From an uncultured Planctomycetales bacterium (GTDB lineage: Bacteria > Omnitrophota > Gorgyraeia > Zapsychrales > JANLHA01), in NCBI GenBank assembly GCA_964489065.1, contig CAZAXH010000008.1, positions 64,130-128,129 of the forward strand: a stretch of 64,000 nt of DNA. The letters are read 5' to 3'. This document shows positions 37,979 through 47,602 of this stretch, piece by piece (position 1 is the first letter of the stretch; every line of letters begins with the position of its first letter). The notes under the pieces are model-generated. The model ran no database searches, had not been told where the DNA came from, and worked only from the letters and a program-made list of their open reading frames with translations. The position numbers were made by a program, and so were the translations under genes.

Positions 37979-39181
37979 GTGATGAATTACCATTTTTCAG
38001 AAAAAATAAGGTTTATTTTCGGCCTTCTGGTGTGCCTTCTTTTTATTTTTGCTGATCGAATCATGACGGTTAAGGACCGCCCTGAAATTCTCGCCCCCGG
38101 CGTGAAAGTACCATTTATAAATAGTTCTGATATAGATATCCCAGACACCGCCCTTTTGGAATATCAAAGTTATATCCAAAGAACCGGACACCACGATTTG
38201 AAACAGCTCAAGGCATTGCTTTATAACCGGCTTGGGCATAACGATATTCGTGTGCGGATGAATGCCGTGGAAGTCTTGGGGGAAGTGGATGACCCTGATG
38301 TCCTGGACCGGCTTTGGAAAATTTACCTTCATGATGACGAGGCGTTTATAAGAAATTCAGCCATAGCCGGGATGCTTAACCACGGAACCCCCGAGGTTTT
38401 AGAGTTTCTTACGCAATCCATATCAGACACCGATCCAGAAGTCCGAAGGCAATCTGTAGAAGGGTGTATGGTCTTTGCCGATGCGGCTCTCCAAGGCCTC
38501 ATAGAAACGCGGTTTGCGCAGGAAACTGACACCCTGAACCGGATCGCGCTGGCAGCGCTTTTGTATAAGATCGGCGATAAGGAAAAACTGGCCTATCTCA
38601 CGGACGTTCTGCTTCATGAGCCGTCCCTGGAGTTCCGTATCTACACGGCCCATATGTTGCAGGATTCCGGCGTCAAAATTAACCCGGAAGACATAAAAGA
38701 AATTTTCGTTCAGGAGACTCACCCGGAAGTCAAAATCTGGCTGGCCGCTCTTTTGGCCGGACAAGGAGACACCTCCGGATTAGATGACTTAAAACATATC
38801 GTGTCCGGGGACGCTGATCCCGTTTTAAAATCTTCAGCTGCTCAGGCTTTGAACGCTTTAGGCGAACAGGCCTATGTTTATCCTTATTTATTGGATCTTT
38901 TAAAAACCGGCGATGAGGCCATCCGGGAGCGGGCTCTTGAGGATTTAGTGGATTTTAAAGATTATCCGCTATTACCGGTTTTAAGCCGAGTCCTCAAGGA
39001 TGACCCTAGCATAACGGTCAGGGAAATCGCCGCCTGGGTGATGGGCGAAAGAAAAGACATCGAGGCGCTGCCCTGTCTGGAGCAAGGGCTCAATGATAAA
39101 AGCGCTTTTGTGCGGACCGGCGTTATTGCCGCGCTTTATAAAATTTTATCAGCTCAGGAGCTGAAACAAGGGAAAAAATAA
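37979..39181 (+). CDS. HEAT-repeat (PBS-lyase-type) protein with N-terminal membrane anchor
   Basis: N-terminal hydrophobic helix, then repeated ...VR..A...LG.. units (for example IRVRMNAVEVLGEV, FVRTGVIAALYKI, VREIAAWVMGE). Confidence 0.6.
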   Translation: MMNYHFSEKIRFIFGLLVCLLFIFADRIMTVKDRPEILAPGVKVPFINSSDIDIPDTALLEYQSYIQRTGHHDLKQLKALLYNRLGHNDIRVRMNAVEVLGEVDDPDVLDRLWKIYLHDDEAFIRNSAIAGMLNHGTPEVLEFLTQSISDTDPEVRRQSVEGCMVFADAALQGLIETRFAQETDTLNRIALAALLYKIGDKEKLAYLTDVLLHEPSLEFRIYTAHMLQDSGVKINPEDIKEIFVQETHPEVKIWLAALLAGQGDTSGLDDLKHIVSGDADPVLKSSAAQALNALGEQAYVYPYLLDLLKTGDEAIRERALEDLVDFKDYPLLPVLSRVLKDDPSITVREIAAWVMGERKDIEALPCLEQGLNDKSAFVRTGVIAALYKILSAQELKQGKK

Positions 39182-39369
39182 AACCGGCGTCCATAAATTT
39201 TTTTTAAAAGACTTTGCGCTCTACGTGATACGCGCCCGCTGCCCGGGATGGAGATTTTAAGGATTCAATGGGTTTATGATACAATGAACATGGGGATGTT
39301 TAAGAATTAGACCATAAAATACTGATGTGATATGACGGGGATATCCGATAATACCAGAAAGCAGGGGGC

Positions 39370-40875
39370 ATGAAGTTATCTCTGATTTTCAATCCCTTCT
39401 CCTATAAGGCGCACGAAGAAAATCTTAAAATCGTCCAGAAATATTTCGGCCTATTTCCCCCTTTAAGTCTGGCCTGGGTGGCCGCCATCGCGGAAAAGTC
39501 CGGGCATCAGGTCCAGCTAATCGACGCCCGGACTTTAAAACTCTCCATGGAAGAGACTTTTCAACAGGTCCGGGCTTTTAATCCGGACATTATGGGATTT
39601 ATGATGACGACCTATATGTTTCAGGACACGTTGTCCTGGATCAAATTCTTAAAAGCCCGTATCTCCGTCCCGGTCGTGGTGGGAGGATATAATCTCCGGG
39701 TGTACCCCAGAGAGTCTTTGTCTCATCCGGAAATAGATTTCGGCGTGGTCGAGCACGCTTACTACACCATCCCGCGTCTTCTGGAAGAACTGGAGAGCGG
39801 TCGTCATGATTTCACCACAGTGCCCGGCCTGGTTTATAAAAAAAACGGATTAGTTCTAGTCACTCCGCACCCGCAAAAAATCAACTTTAACGATTTCCCC
39901 AACCCGGCGAGGCACCTTTTGCCGAATCATCTTTACGCCGAATTCCCGACCGAACGGAGGAACTTCACGGTGATGGTGACGTCCCTGGGATGCCCTTACG
40001 GCTGTACCTTTTGTGAAGCGGGGCGTACGCCGTATAATCCCCGTTCTCCGGAAAAAGTCGTGGCGGAAATGGAGGAATGTTATTTGCATTACGGGATCAG
40101 GGAAATTGACATTTTTGATTATGAATTCACGGGAATCCGTGACCGGGTTATGAAAATCTGCCAGATGATTAAGGAAAAAAAATGGGACATGATCTGGGCC
40201 TGCCGGTCCCGCATTGACACCGTTGACGCGGAATTGCTCTCTGAAATGAAACAGGCCGGCTGCCGGAGGATATATTTCGGGCTGGAATCAGGGCGGCAGG
40301 ACATCCTGGACAGTGTCCACAAAGGATATTCCCTGAAACAAGTCCGGGACATTATTGCCGCCTGCTCCTCTCTGGGAATCCGGACCCTGGGGTTCTTTCT
40401 GGTCGGCGCGCCGGGTGACACGAGGGAAACGGTTAAAGAAACGGTCGCGTTCGCCAAAAAACTCAACTTGGATTATGTGCAGTTTTCCAAATGCCTAGCC
40501 AAACCTTTAACCCCACTCTGGAAAGACATGGTCGTCCAGGAGCAGAAAGACTACTGGGGCGACTGGGTTCTGGGAACGGAAACAGACCGGGAGTTGCCCC
40601 GCCCCTGGACCGAATTGACAAACCAGGAGGTTGATCAGCTGGCCCGATGGGCCTATATTTCGTATTACGCGCGGCCTTCCTTTTTATGGAAGCATTTGCT
40701 GAAAATCGGCTCATTCCTGGAACTGAAACGCAAGGTGCTTGCGCTTATCGATATGTTATGGAAACAGGAACCCTATTCGCGGCCGGAAAAGGATTTTAAG
40801 GCTTTTAACGAGAATCCGGCAGCCCGGGTCCGGAACTATCAGGCGGCCCCAAAACACACGGCCCCGCAAAGGTGA
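39370..40875 (+). CDS. Class B-type B12-binding radical SAM protein (classic subfamily)
   Basis: N-terminal B12-like Rossmann segment (LSLAWVAAIAEKSGHQVQLID) and TSLGCPYGCTFCEAG. Confidence 0.7.
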   Translation: MKLSLIFNPFSYKAHEENLKIVQKYFGLFPPLSLAWVAAIAEKSGHQVQLIDARTLKLSMEETFQQVRAFNPDIMGFMMTTYMFQDTLSWIKFLKARISVPVVVGGYNLRVYPRESLSHPEIDFGVVEHAYYTIPRLLEELESGRHDFTTVPGLVYKKNGLVLVTPHPQKINFNDFPNPARHLLPNHLYAEFPTERRNFTVMVTSLGCPYGCTFCEAGRTPYNPRSPEKVVAEMEECYLHYGIREIDIFDYEFTGIRDRVMKICQMIKEKKWDMIWACRSRIDTVDAELLSEMKQAGCRRIYFGLESGRQDILDSVHKGYSLKQVRDIIAACSSLGIRTLGFFLVGAPGDTRETVKETVAFAKKLNLDYVQFSKCLAKPLTPLWKDMVVQEQKDYWGDWVLGTETDRELPRPWTELTNQEVDQLARWAYISYYARPSFLWKHLLKIGSFLELKRKVLALIDMLWKQEPYSRPEKDFKAFNENPAARVRNYQAAPKHTAPQR

Positions 40876-40879
40876 CGAT

Positions 40880-42124
40880 ATGATTTTTAAACCGATCCCC
40901 CGGCAAAAATCCTGCAACACTTTTCGCGACCTCTGGCGTGTTTTCTGCCTCCTTGCAACAAAACGTTTCTGGCAGGGGGAAGAAACACGAGAATTTGAAA
41001 CTCTCTTCGCCGAAAAATATGGCATGAAATACGCTCTGGCCACGGGGTCCTGCCGCTCTGCTTTCGCGCTTCTTCTTGATGCGCTGGAGATCAAAAGCGG
41101 GGATGAAGTCATTTTACCGGCTTATAACATGCCGGCTTTCCCGAAAATATTAAAATGCAAGGGGATCCAACCGGTTTTTATCGATATTAATGAAAATACC
41201 CTGAATATGGATGAACGCCTGATTGGACCCAAAATCAGCTCGAGAACCAAAGCCATCGTCGCGGTTCATCTTTTCGGGAACGCCTGCCCTATGGACGAAA
41301 TCCTGTCCCTAGCCCGCAAACATAACCTATATGTCATTGAGGATTGCGCCAACGCGTGGGGAGCGTGTTTCCGATCCCGGTATGTCGGCACTTTTGGGGA
41401 CGCGGCCTGTTTCAGCCTTGGGGCCACAAAAGACATCCCGACTTTCGGCGGCGGGATGATTTTGACAAACAACCAAACCCTCTTTGACAAACTGGCTTGT
41501 ATTTATGAACAACAAACGAGTTGTCCCTCTTGGGGGAATGTCCTGATAGACCTCGCCAGGAACATGATAATGTTACTGATGGGCTTCGGCCCTTTCTACA
41601 GCCTGCTGGTTTTTCCTGTCCAGTTCCTTTGTTCCCGGGCCGGGTTTGACCTGATGGATTATCTCATCGAGGAAAAAGACCGTCCTCTGACGGCTGTCCC
41701 GCAAAAAAAATATGTTAATTTTCAAGCTGTCGTGGGCCTGCATCAATTCAAGCCCGGAGAACAAAACCAGCAGCGGAGGATATGGAACGCCCGGATTCTC
41801 AACGCCCGGCTGCGCGATATCCCGGAGGTCCATATCCCGCAAACAGCGCCGGAGGGAGATCACACATACTGGAATTACCCGCTCCTCGTTCCCCGACGCG
41901 GGCTTTTAGTCACAAGGTTGCTCAAACACGGGATCAGCACAAAAATTCTGGATACTTATAACTGTAATCAATTAAAAACTTTTAGTGATTTCCGGCAAGA
42001 CTGCCCCCGGGCAGACCGGATCGCGAACACAGTCCTGATTTTGCCGGTATACCATCATTTGCACGAAACCGAAATGAATTTCATCGCGGAAACCATAAAA
42101 AAAGAATGCCAGTGTCTCGTTTAA
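40880..42124 (+). CDS. DegT/DnrJ/EryC1-like aminotransferase (third paralog)
   Basis: YALATGSCRSAFALLL, EVILPAYN, IVAVHLFGNACPMDE, VIEDCANAWG, SLGATKDI (lysine). Confidence 0.65.
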   Translation: MIFKPIPRQKSCNTFRDLWRVFCLLATKRFWQGEETREFETLFAEKYGMKYALATGSCRSAFALLLDALEIKSGDEVILPAYNMPAFPKILKCKGIQPVFIDINENTLNMDERLIGPKISSRTKAIVAVHLFGNACPMDEILSLARKHNLYVIEDCANAWGACFRSRYVGTFGDAACFSLGATKDIPTFGGGMILTNNQTLFDKLACIYEQQTSCPSWGNVLIDLARNMIMLLMGFGPFYSLLVFPVQFLCSRAGFDLMDYLIEEKDRPLTAVPQKKYVNFQAVVGLHQFKPGEQNQQRRIWNARILNARLRDIPEVHIPQTAPEGDHTYWNYPLLVPRRGLLVTRLLKHGISTKILDTYNCNQLKTFSDFRQDCPRADRIANTVLILPVYHHLHETEMNFIAETIKKECQCLV

Positions 42125-42133
42125 ATTAAAAAG

Positions 42134-43612
42134 ATGGACTTGTTCACGCCCCCACTTCAAACAAACTGTAAGTGCAGGATTATGTTATTACGCCTCGTTC
42201 CGGATGTATACCGCCGGTCCAATCATCCGATTGGCCACCGGCCGCCGTATACCCTGAAATATATTGAAGCCTGCTTAAAACGGGAGGACCAGTTTTCAGT
42301 CACGCTTCTTGATCAGCATATTTCTGATATAAGGATGACCTTGGCCGGAATTGGAGGCATCCAGCGCCGGATAAAACCGCATGTCCTCGTATTGGACGTG
42401 TCCTCCCTGAACGAATCCGTCACGAAAACTTTTTTGCGCGGCATGGACGCTTCACAAAACGCGCAGACCATGCTGATCGCCGTGGGCCACGCTCCCAGCG
42501 CCGGCACGGAAATTTTCCGTGAAAAACATCCGCAATTTCATATCACACTAGCCGGGGAAGCGGAACAGGAGGTGGTGGGCCTCATTCAAAAATTTGCCGC
42601 GGGAGTGTCCTTAAAGGATCTGCGACCCATTTATGAAAACCCGCCTTTGTCCCGGCAAACATGGCTTGTCCGGGATCTGGATGCCCTGCCGTTTCCAGAA
42701 TACGACCGGGCCGAACTGCGTGGATATCATTTTGTTTACCCTCTTCCGGTGGCCAAACGGATTGTTTGGGGGCATATTTTAAGCAGCCGCGGCTGTCCCC
42801 ATCGGTGTGTTTTTTGTTCTCAACTCATGCGGGAAAGCTACGGGACGGAAATACGACGACGTTCAGCCCCCAGCGTGGTGGATGAAATCGAGCATCTTTT
42901 AAAATTAGGCGCCAATGTTATCAGCTTTGACGATGACAATTTCACCTATTCCCCCGCGCATGTCCGCTCCATTTGCGGAGAAATTTTGCGCCGTCACCTA
43001 AAAATTCGTTGGATCGCGCATGCACGGGTCGATGAAGTTGACGGCTCGCTTTTAACTTTAATGCGGGACAGCGGTTGCCTTTTGATACGTTATGGGGTCG
43101 AAACAGTCAGCAAGCTCATTCTCGATCGCCTCGAAAAGACCCCGGATCCCGAGACCTGGCCGGAAAAAACCCGGGAAGCGGTGGCCATGGCTAAAGCGCG
43201 CGGCATAGGCGTGGTGTGCCTGTTCATGATCGGGTGTCCCGGAGAAACCCGACAGGAACTGGAAAACGACATCCTGTTCGCGCAAAACCTTCAGCCCGAC
43301 ATTATTCAAGTCGCTTATTTCACCCCGTTTCCTGGATCCCGTTATTACGCGACCTTCCGGGGGCAGTTACCCGTCCGCAATGATTCGAAATTATATCATT
43401 ACAGTATCCCTGCGATAAATCCCAGTCGCATGAGAGACCGGGAATTTCAAACAGCCCAGGTTTTGTTTTATAAAAAATTTTTGCTACGGCCGGCTTTTCT
43501 CTGGAAACATCTGTGCCGTTATTTCATCTGTTATATAATGAATCCTGAAATCTTCCGTGAACTGATTAAAATAAAGAAAGAGCTGTTAAAACCCGGCCGC
43601 GACCTGTCATGA
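42134..43612 (+). CDS. B12-binding radical SAM protein (classic subfamily)
   Basis: SSRGCPHRCVFCSQ and ISFDDDNF. The N-terminus aligns with the 47599 paralog (LKYIEACL versus LKYTQALL). An alternative start at 42182 (MLLRLV) is possible. Confidence 0.65.
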   Translation: MDLFTPPLQTNCKCRIMLLRLVPDVYRRSNHPIGHRPPYTLKYIEACLKREDQFSVTLLDQHISDIRMTLAGIGGIQRRIKPHVLVLDVSSLNESVTKTFLRGMDASQNAQTMLIAVGHAPSAGTEIFREKHPQFHITLAGEAEQEVVGLIQKFAAGVSLKDLRPIYENPPLSRQTWLVRDLDALPFPEYDRAELRGYHFVYPLPVAKRIVWGHILSSRGCPHRCVFCSQLMRESYGTEIRRRSAPSVVDEIEHLLKLGANVISFDDDNFTYSPAHVRSICGEILRRHLKIRWIAHARVDEVDGSLLTLMRDSGCLLIRYGVETVSKLILDRLEKTPDPETWPEKTREAVAMAKARGIGVVCLFMIGCPGETRQELENDILFAQNLQPDIIQVAYFTPFPGSRYYATFRGQLPVRNDSKLYHYSIPAINPSRMRDREFQTAQVLFYKKFLLRPAFLWKHLCRYFICYIMNPEIFRELIKIKKELLKPGRDLS

Positions 43613-44613
43613 AAAAAAGCACCATCCTTCTTATAGTGAAAAATTTATTGCGCGCCCGGCTCTACAAAGAAAACATCCCAGTTATCGTCAGCTGGGCTAT
43701 TACCTATAAATGCAACGCGCGGTGTCAATATTGCGAAAACTGGACTTGCCCCACTGACAAGGAACTGACTAGGGAAGAAATCATGGCGGTTATTGATGAC
43801 CTGGCGGCCATGGGCACAGCGGTCATATCGTTGACGGGAGGGGAGCCTTTGTTGCGCCCGGATCTGGCGGATATCATTGATCATGCCGTGCACCGGAAAA
43901 TCTATGTGTCGGTTAATACCAATGGGATTCTCGTATCCCAACATCTTCCGGTTCTTAAAAAAGCGGACCGCGTGACGGTTAGTTTTGACGGGCCGGAAGC
44001 CGTGCATGATTCCATCCGCGGCCCCGGCACGCACGGCCTTGTCCTGAAGGCGATAGAAATTTTGGTGGAGAACGGGTGTGCGCCGGCATTAAACACCGTG
44101 TTGACAAAAATGAACGCCCCCTACGTTGACGACATCCTTAAAACCGCCGGACAATATAACGTTAAAGTATCATTTCAACCCGTTTCTCTTTGTTTACTCG
44201 AGAGTAAAAAAGAAAATCCGCTCGCGCCCGCGTCGGAAGATTATCAGGCGGCCATCAATAAGATCATAACCGCAAAAAGAAAAGGCAACCCGCATATCTT
44301 AAATTCACTGGGAGGGTTAAATCACCTTGCTCACTGGCCCTGTCCGGCCGCCATCGCGTGTTCGGCCGGGAGCGTGCATTTCCGTATCGAACCGGACGGG
44401 TTGATGACAAACTGCAGCCGGCAGTTTCTTTTAAAATCCAAGCACAGCCAAAGCGCGGATATCCGGGAAGGGGGTGTCCTCAGGGCTGTCCGTCAGTTGA
44501 AAGTCGTCCCGTGCTGTGAATGCTGGTGCGCCTCTACCGTGGAAACAAATTTAGCGACGTCTTTTAACGTTTCATGTGCTTGGAATATGCTGAAACGCGC
44601 CCGGGGGCATTAA
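43609..44613 (+). CDS. Radical SAM protein with SPASM-type C-terminal domain
   Basis: ITYKCNARCQYCENW, LTGGEPL, C-terminal CPAAIACSAG...NCSRQF...PCCECWCAS cysteine cluster. ATGA overlap. Confidence 0.7.
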   Translation: MKKSTILLIVKNLLRARLYKENIPVIVSWAITYKCNARCQYCENWTCPTDKELTREEIMAVIDDLAAMGTAVISLTGGEPLLRPDLADIIDHAVHRKIYVSVNTNGILVSQHLPVLKKADRVTVSFDGPEAVHDSIRGPGTHGLVLKAIEILVENGCAPALNTVLTKMNAPYVDDILKTAGQYNVKVSFQPVSLCLLESKKENPLAPASEDYQAAINKIITAKRKGNPHILNSLGGLNHLAHWPCPAAIACSAGSVHFRIEPDGLMTNCSRQFLLKSKHSQSADIREGGVLRAVRQLKVVPCCECWCASTVETNLATSFNVSCAWNMLKRARGH

Positions 44614-44620
44614 AAACCTT

Positions 44621-45982
44621 ATGAGTCAAATGGGATATATCGATCGTATAAAAAAAATATTATCTAGGGACAACACCCAATATACCCCGGCAGGGACGAT
44701 CCTGACCCTGTGCCTTACGGCTGGATTCTTGCTGCGGATTTATGCCGCAACAACAGTCCCCCGGGTTTTGGATGAAGAAGAAATTTTAATGCACGTGCCC
44801 GCCTTCAGCGGAATAACGTCCATAGCCGCCGGCAGTGATTGGACTCATAATCCTCCGTTAGTCCCTTATTTGCTTCAATTAAGCTTGGCGGCCGGAGGGA
44901 ACAATACCTTGGCCATGCGCTTCCCGGGGGTGTTGGCAGGGACGTTAACATTATTAATTCTGTATCTGCTCGTAAAAAAGCATGTAAACACACAAACAGC
45001 TTTATGGGCTCTTTTTTTCGCGGCCTTCAGCCAGTTTTTTATAGGATTCTCCCGCTTACTGAAACCAGACGGGATATCGTTATTTTTTATTGCCTGTGTT
45101 TTATTTCTTGCCGAGCAGGCGCATATAACGCGAAAGAAGTATTACCTTTGGGGTGCCGGGCTTTTTATGGGGTTCGGGCTTCTGGTAAAATTGAACATCA
45201 TAACCCTCTGGCCCGTCATCCTGTGTTATCTTTTTATCGGCTCTCCCGACCGCCGGGGTTTCTCGGGAAAAGATTTTATTCTTGTGCATATTCTCATGCT
45301 TCTTTGCCTTGCTCCGTATATCCTCTGGAATATCCAGAACTCCTGGGTTGACTATTCCGTCAAAACCGGCCGAACCGAGTTCCTTTCCATTAGCCTTGTG
45401 CCAACAGCTCTTTTTCTGGGGGAAATTTTTATTTCCAATATGCCTGAATTCACCAGTGAATACATATTTAAAATTTGTTCGGTGGAATATCCTTTCTTTA
45501 ACTGGATGCTGGGTCTGATCTGTATCACGGGAGCCGTATATTTTCTGTTTCGTGACACAAAGAATAGTTTTTTAACCTTATTAAAATGGGTCTTTTATTC
45601 CAATTACCTTTTTTTCTCACTCATGCGGCCCAGGACAGGGGGCGGGTATCATTTCCACCTGGATAATTTCTGGTGGGCCATTGTTCTGGTCATCCCCGGA
45701 CTTATCCTGGGATCCGCCATGATCGCTGAATTCTGGGACCGTTTCCGTTGGACCCGTTACCTTTCGCCGTTTTTGATTATCTATCTGATCCTGAACGCTT
45801 TTTCTTTCGCGTCTTTTCCCGCAAATTGCTGGGTGCCGGATGAGGGGTTAAAAGTACGGGAACTGTGCCTGACGGAAAATCACTATCGGGAAACGGGCGA
45901 TATCAGACGGGCAAAAAAAATTCGGGCTTATCTTCTCAAACATTTCCCGGAAAAAAGTCATTGCCGTTATTATAATTTTTGA
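44621..45982 (+). CDS. ArnT/PMT-like GT-C fold polyprenyl-phosphate-sugar-dependent glycosyltransferase
   Basis: RFPGVLAGTLTLLILYLLVKK and following loops resemble the ArnT/GT39/GT83 signature R.PsaL.g...v.l.y.l. About 12 TM helices. Confidence 0.55.
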   Translation: MSQMGYIDRIKKILSRDNTQYTPAGTILTLCLTAGFLLRIYAATTVPRVLDEEEILMHVPAFSGITSIAAGSDWTHNPPLVPYLLQLSLAAGGNNTLAMRFPGVLAGTLTLLILYLLVKKHVNTQTALWALFFAAFSQFFIGFSRLLKPDGISLFFIACVLFLAEQAHITRKKYYLWGAGLFMGFGLLVKLNIITLWPVILCYLFIGSPDRRGFSGKDFILVHILMLLCLAPYILWNIQNSWVDYSVKTGRTEFLSISLVPTALFLGEIFISNMPEFTSEYIFKICSVEYPFFNWMLGLICITGAVYFLFRDTKNSFLTLLKWVFYSNYLFFSLMRPRTGGGYHFHLDNFWWAIVLVIPGLILGSAMIAEFWDRFRWTRYLSPFLIIYLILNAFSFASFPANCWVPDEGLKVRELCLTENHYRETGDIRRAKKIRAYLLKHFPEKSHCRYYNF

Positions 45983-46006
45983 GAAAGACGCCCGTATTGT
46001 AACGTC

Positions 46007-47602
46007 ATGAAATTAACCATGCCCATAAAGATTCCCGAACTCCGGTTTCAACTCCAAGACATCAAATATGTCACTGGAGCGGCCGGCTGGGCCATCGGGA
46101 CCTATCTTTTCGGCTCATATCTGCTCAGCCTGCTTTATCATTGCAGCTTTCGAGAGGTCCGCATTTTCAGCCCGGACAACCTTAGTACGGCAGCGGTCCT
46201 CATGAGCTTCCTGATTTTCGGGGCCGGATTTATAATGACCTTCTTTATCCCGGGGTGGATTCTGTGCCTGCATTTCCGGCGCTTGCAAAATGATCTTCCG
46301 GGATTCCTGACAGCCGCATTTTTTTCCAGTATCGGAATTTGTATCCTGGGGAGCTCAATTTATAAAATCATGGGGGGGAGGATTTTGTGCAGGAATAATT
46401 TTCTGGGTATTATCATTTTGTTGATAATATTAGAACTCATCTCGCTATTATGGAAAAGACACCGCCGTCAAGAACAATGTCCCCCAAGAGATATTATGTT
46501 TTCACTGCCATCTCTTATGCCATATTGTGTTTTGATTCTTCTAGCCATTTTGTTCCTCCTGACTTCAGGCCGGGACCTTATTAACGGGGCTCCTGTGGCT
46601 TATCAATACGACCCCCAAACGGTTCTGGCCATTCCCCTGGGAGAGCAGTCGGATTCTCTTGAAGCTTTCGGCCTGGCGCACAGCCTCCGGACCCATCTTT
46701 TGCCGTACTGGGACCTGGAATACGCTGATAAATTCGGCTATGTTTTTACAGATACCCCGCTGTATCCTTATGTGGCTCTGTTTGCTATTTTACTTTTCGG
46801 GGAAAGCTTCGCGGCCGTATCTCTGTTGTCTGTCAGTTTTATTATTATGATATTCAGCTCTGTGCTGGCCCGGGGGTATCCGCTGCGCTCCCAGATACGC
46901 TTTGTAACCTGCGCCGGGCTCATGCTCGCCTATCTTTTTTTTCTTCTCAAAGAACCGGCTGTTTTTGTTTACATGGAACATTTTTTCCTCCTGCAGATTA
47001 TTCTGGTTTATATCTTCCTCCTTAAAAAAGACAAGGTTGTTTTTTGGCTGTTGGCCATCAGCGCGACCCTGACGAAATTTTATGGAATTTTTTTTATTCT
47101 TCTGGGGATCGGCGCTTTATTCCTGTTTTTTAAAAAAAGACAAAGGGAAGCCCGGGGCCTGCTGGCTGGATATGGACTGATCGTTGCCAGTGTGTTGGTC
47201 GGCATTCTGTTCATGGGTGTTATAACCGGGAATACCGGCACGTATATAAAATGCCTGTTCATCGAGCATCTTAACCGTCTGGATTATTTTTCCTTACTCC
47301 CCAGGATATACCCTCAGGACGTCGTGTATCGCCCGACGCCGGATTTTAACCAAAGCACCCGGTTTCTCACCTGGACGTTATTGGCGACCGCGTTCACGTT
47401 CCCGGCTTTATTTGTTTTTGGAGACGACCGGGAAGAACGGTTTTACTCGTTGATCGGTCTGATTTATTTCACCCTTGTTTTTGTCAGCACCTACAGCTTG
47501 CCCCGGTATGTGCTTCCGCTCATCCCGTTTGCGGCCATGGTCGTGAGCAGCCAGGGGGAAAGATATCTGGCCCGGAGGATAAAAAGGGAGACTTATTCAT
47601 GA
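46007..47602 (+). CDS. Polytopic membrane protein (about 14 TM), possible second GT-C-like transferase
   Basis: Hydrophobicity pattern only; no diagnostic motif recognised. Confidence 0.35.
   Translation: MKLTMPIKIPELRFQLQDIKYVTGAAGWAIGTYLFGSYLLSLLYHCSFREVRIFSPDNLSTAAVLMSFLIFGAGFIMTFFIPGWILCLHFRRLQNDLPGFLTAAFFSSIGICILGSSIYKIMGGRILCRNNFLGIIILLIILELISLLWKRHRRQEQCPPRDIMFSLPSLMPYCVLILLAILFLLTSGRDLINGAPVAYQYDPQTVLAIPLGEQSDSLEAFGLAHSLRTHLLPYWDLEYADKFGYVFTDTPLYPYVALFAILLFGESFAAVSLLSVSFIIMIFSSVLARGYPLRSQIRFVTCAGLMLAYLFFLLKEPAVFVYMEHFFLLQIILVYIFLLKKDKVVFWLLAISATLTKFYGIFFILLGIGALFLFFKKRQREARGLLAGYGLIVASVLVGILFMGVITGNTGTYIKCLFIEHLNRLDYFSLLPRIYPQDVVYRPTPDFNQSTRFLTWTLLATAFTFPALFVFGDDREERFYSLIGLIYFTLVFVSTYSLPRYVLPLIPFAAMVVSSQGERYLARRIKRETYS

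Noticed and set aside
39182-39369. Tiny ORFs (for example a 19-aa MEILRIQWVYDTMNMGMFKN) as a candidate RiPP precursor for the SPASM enzymes
   Set aside because: There is no RBS, no Cys/Ser/Thr-rich core and no leader-like features, and the ORF is not adjacent to either SPASM gene.
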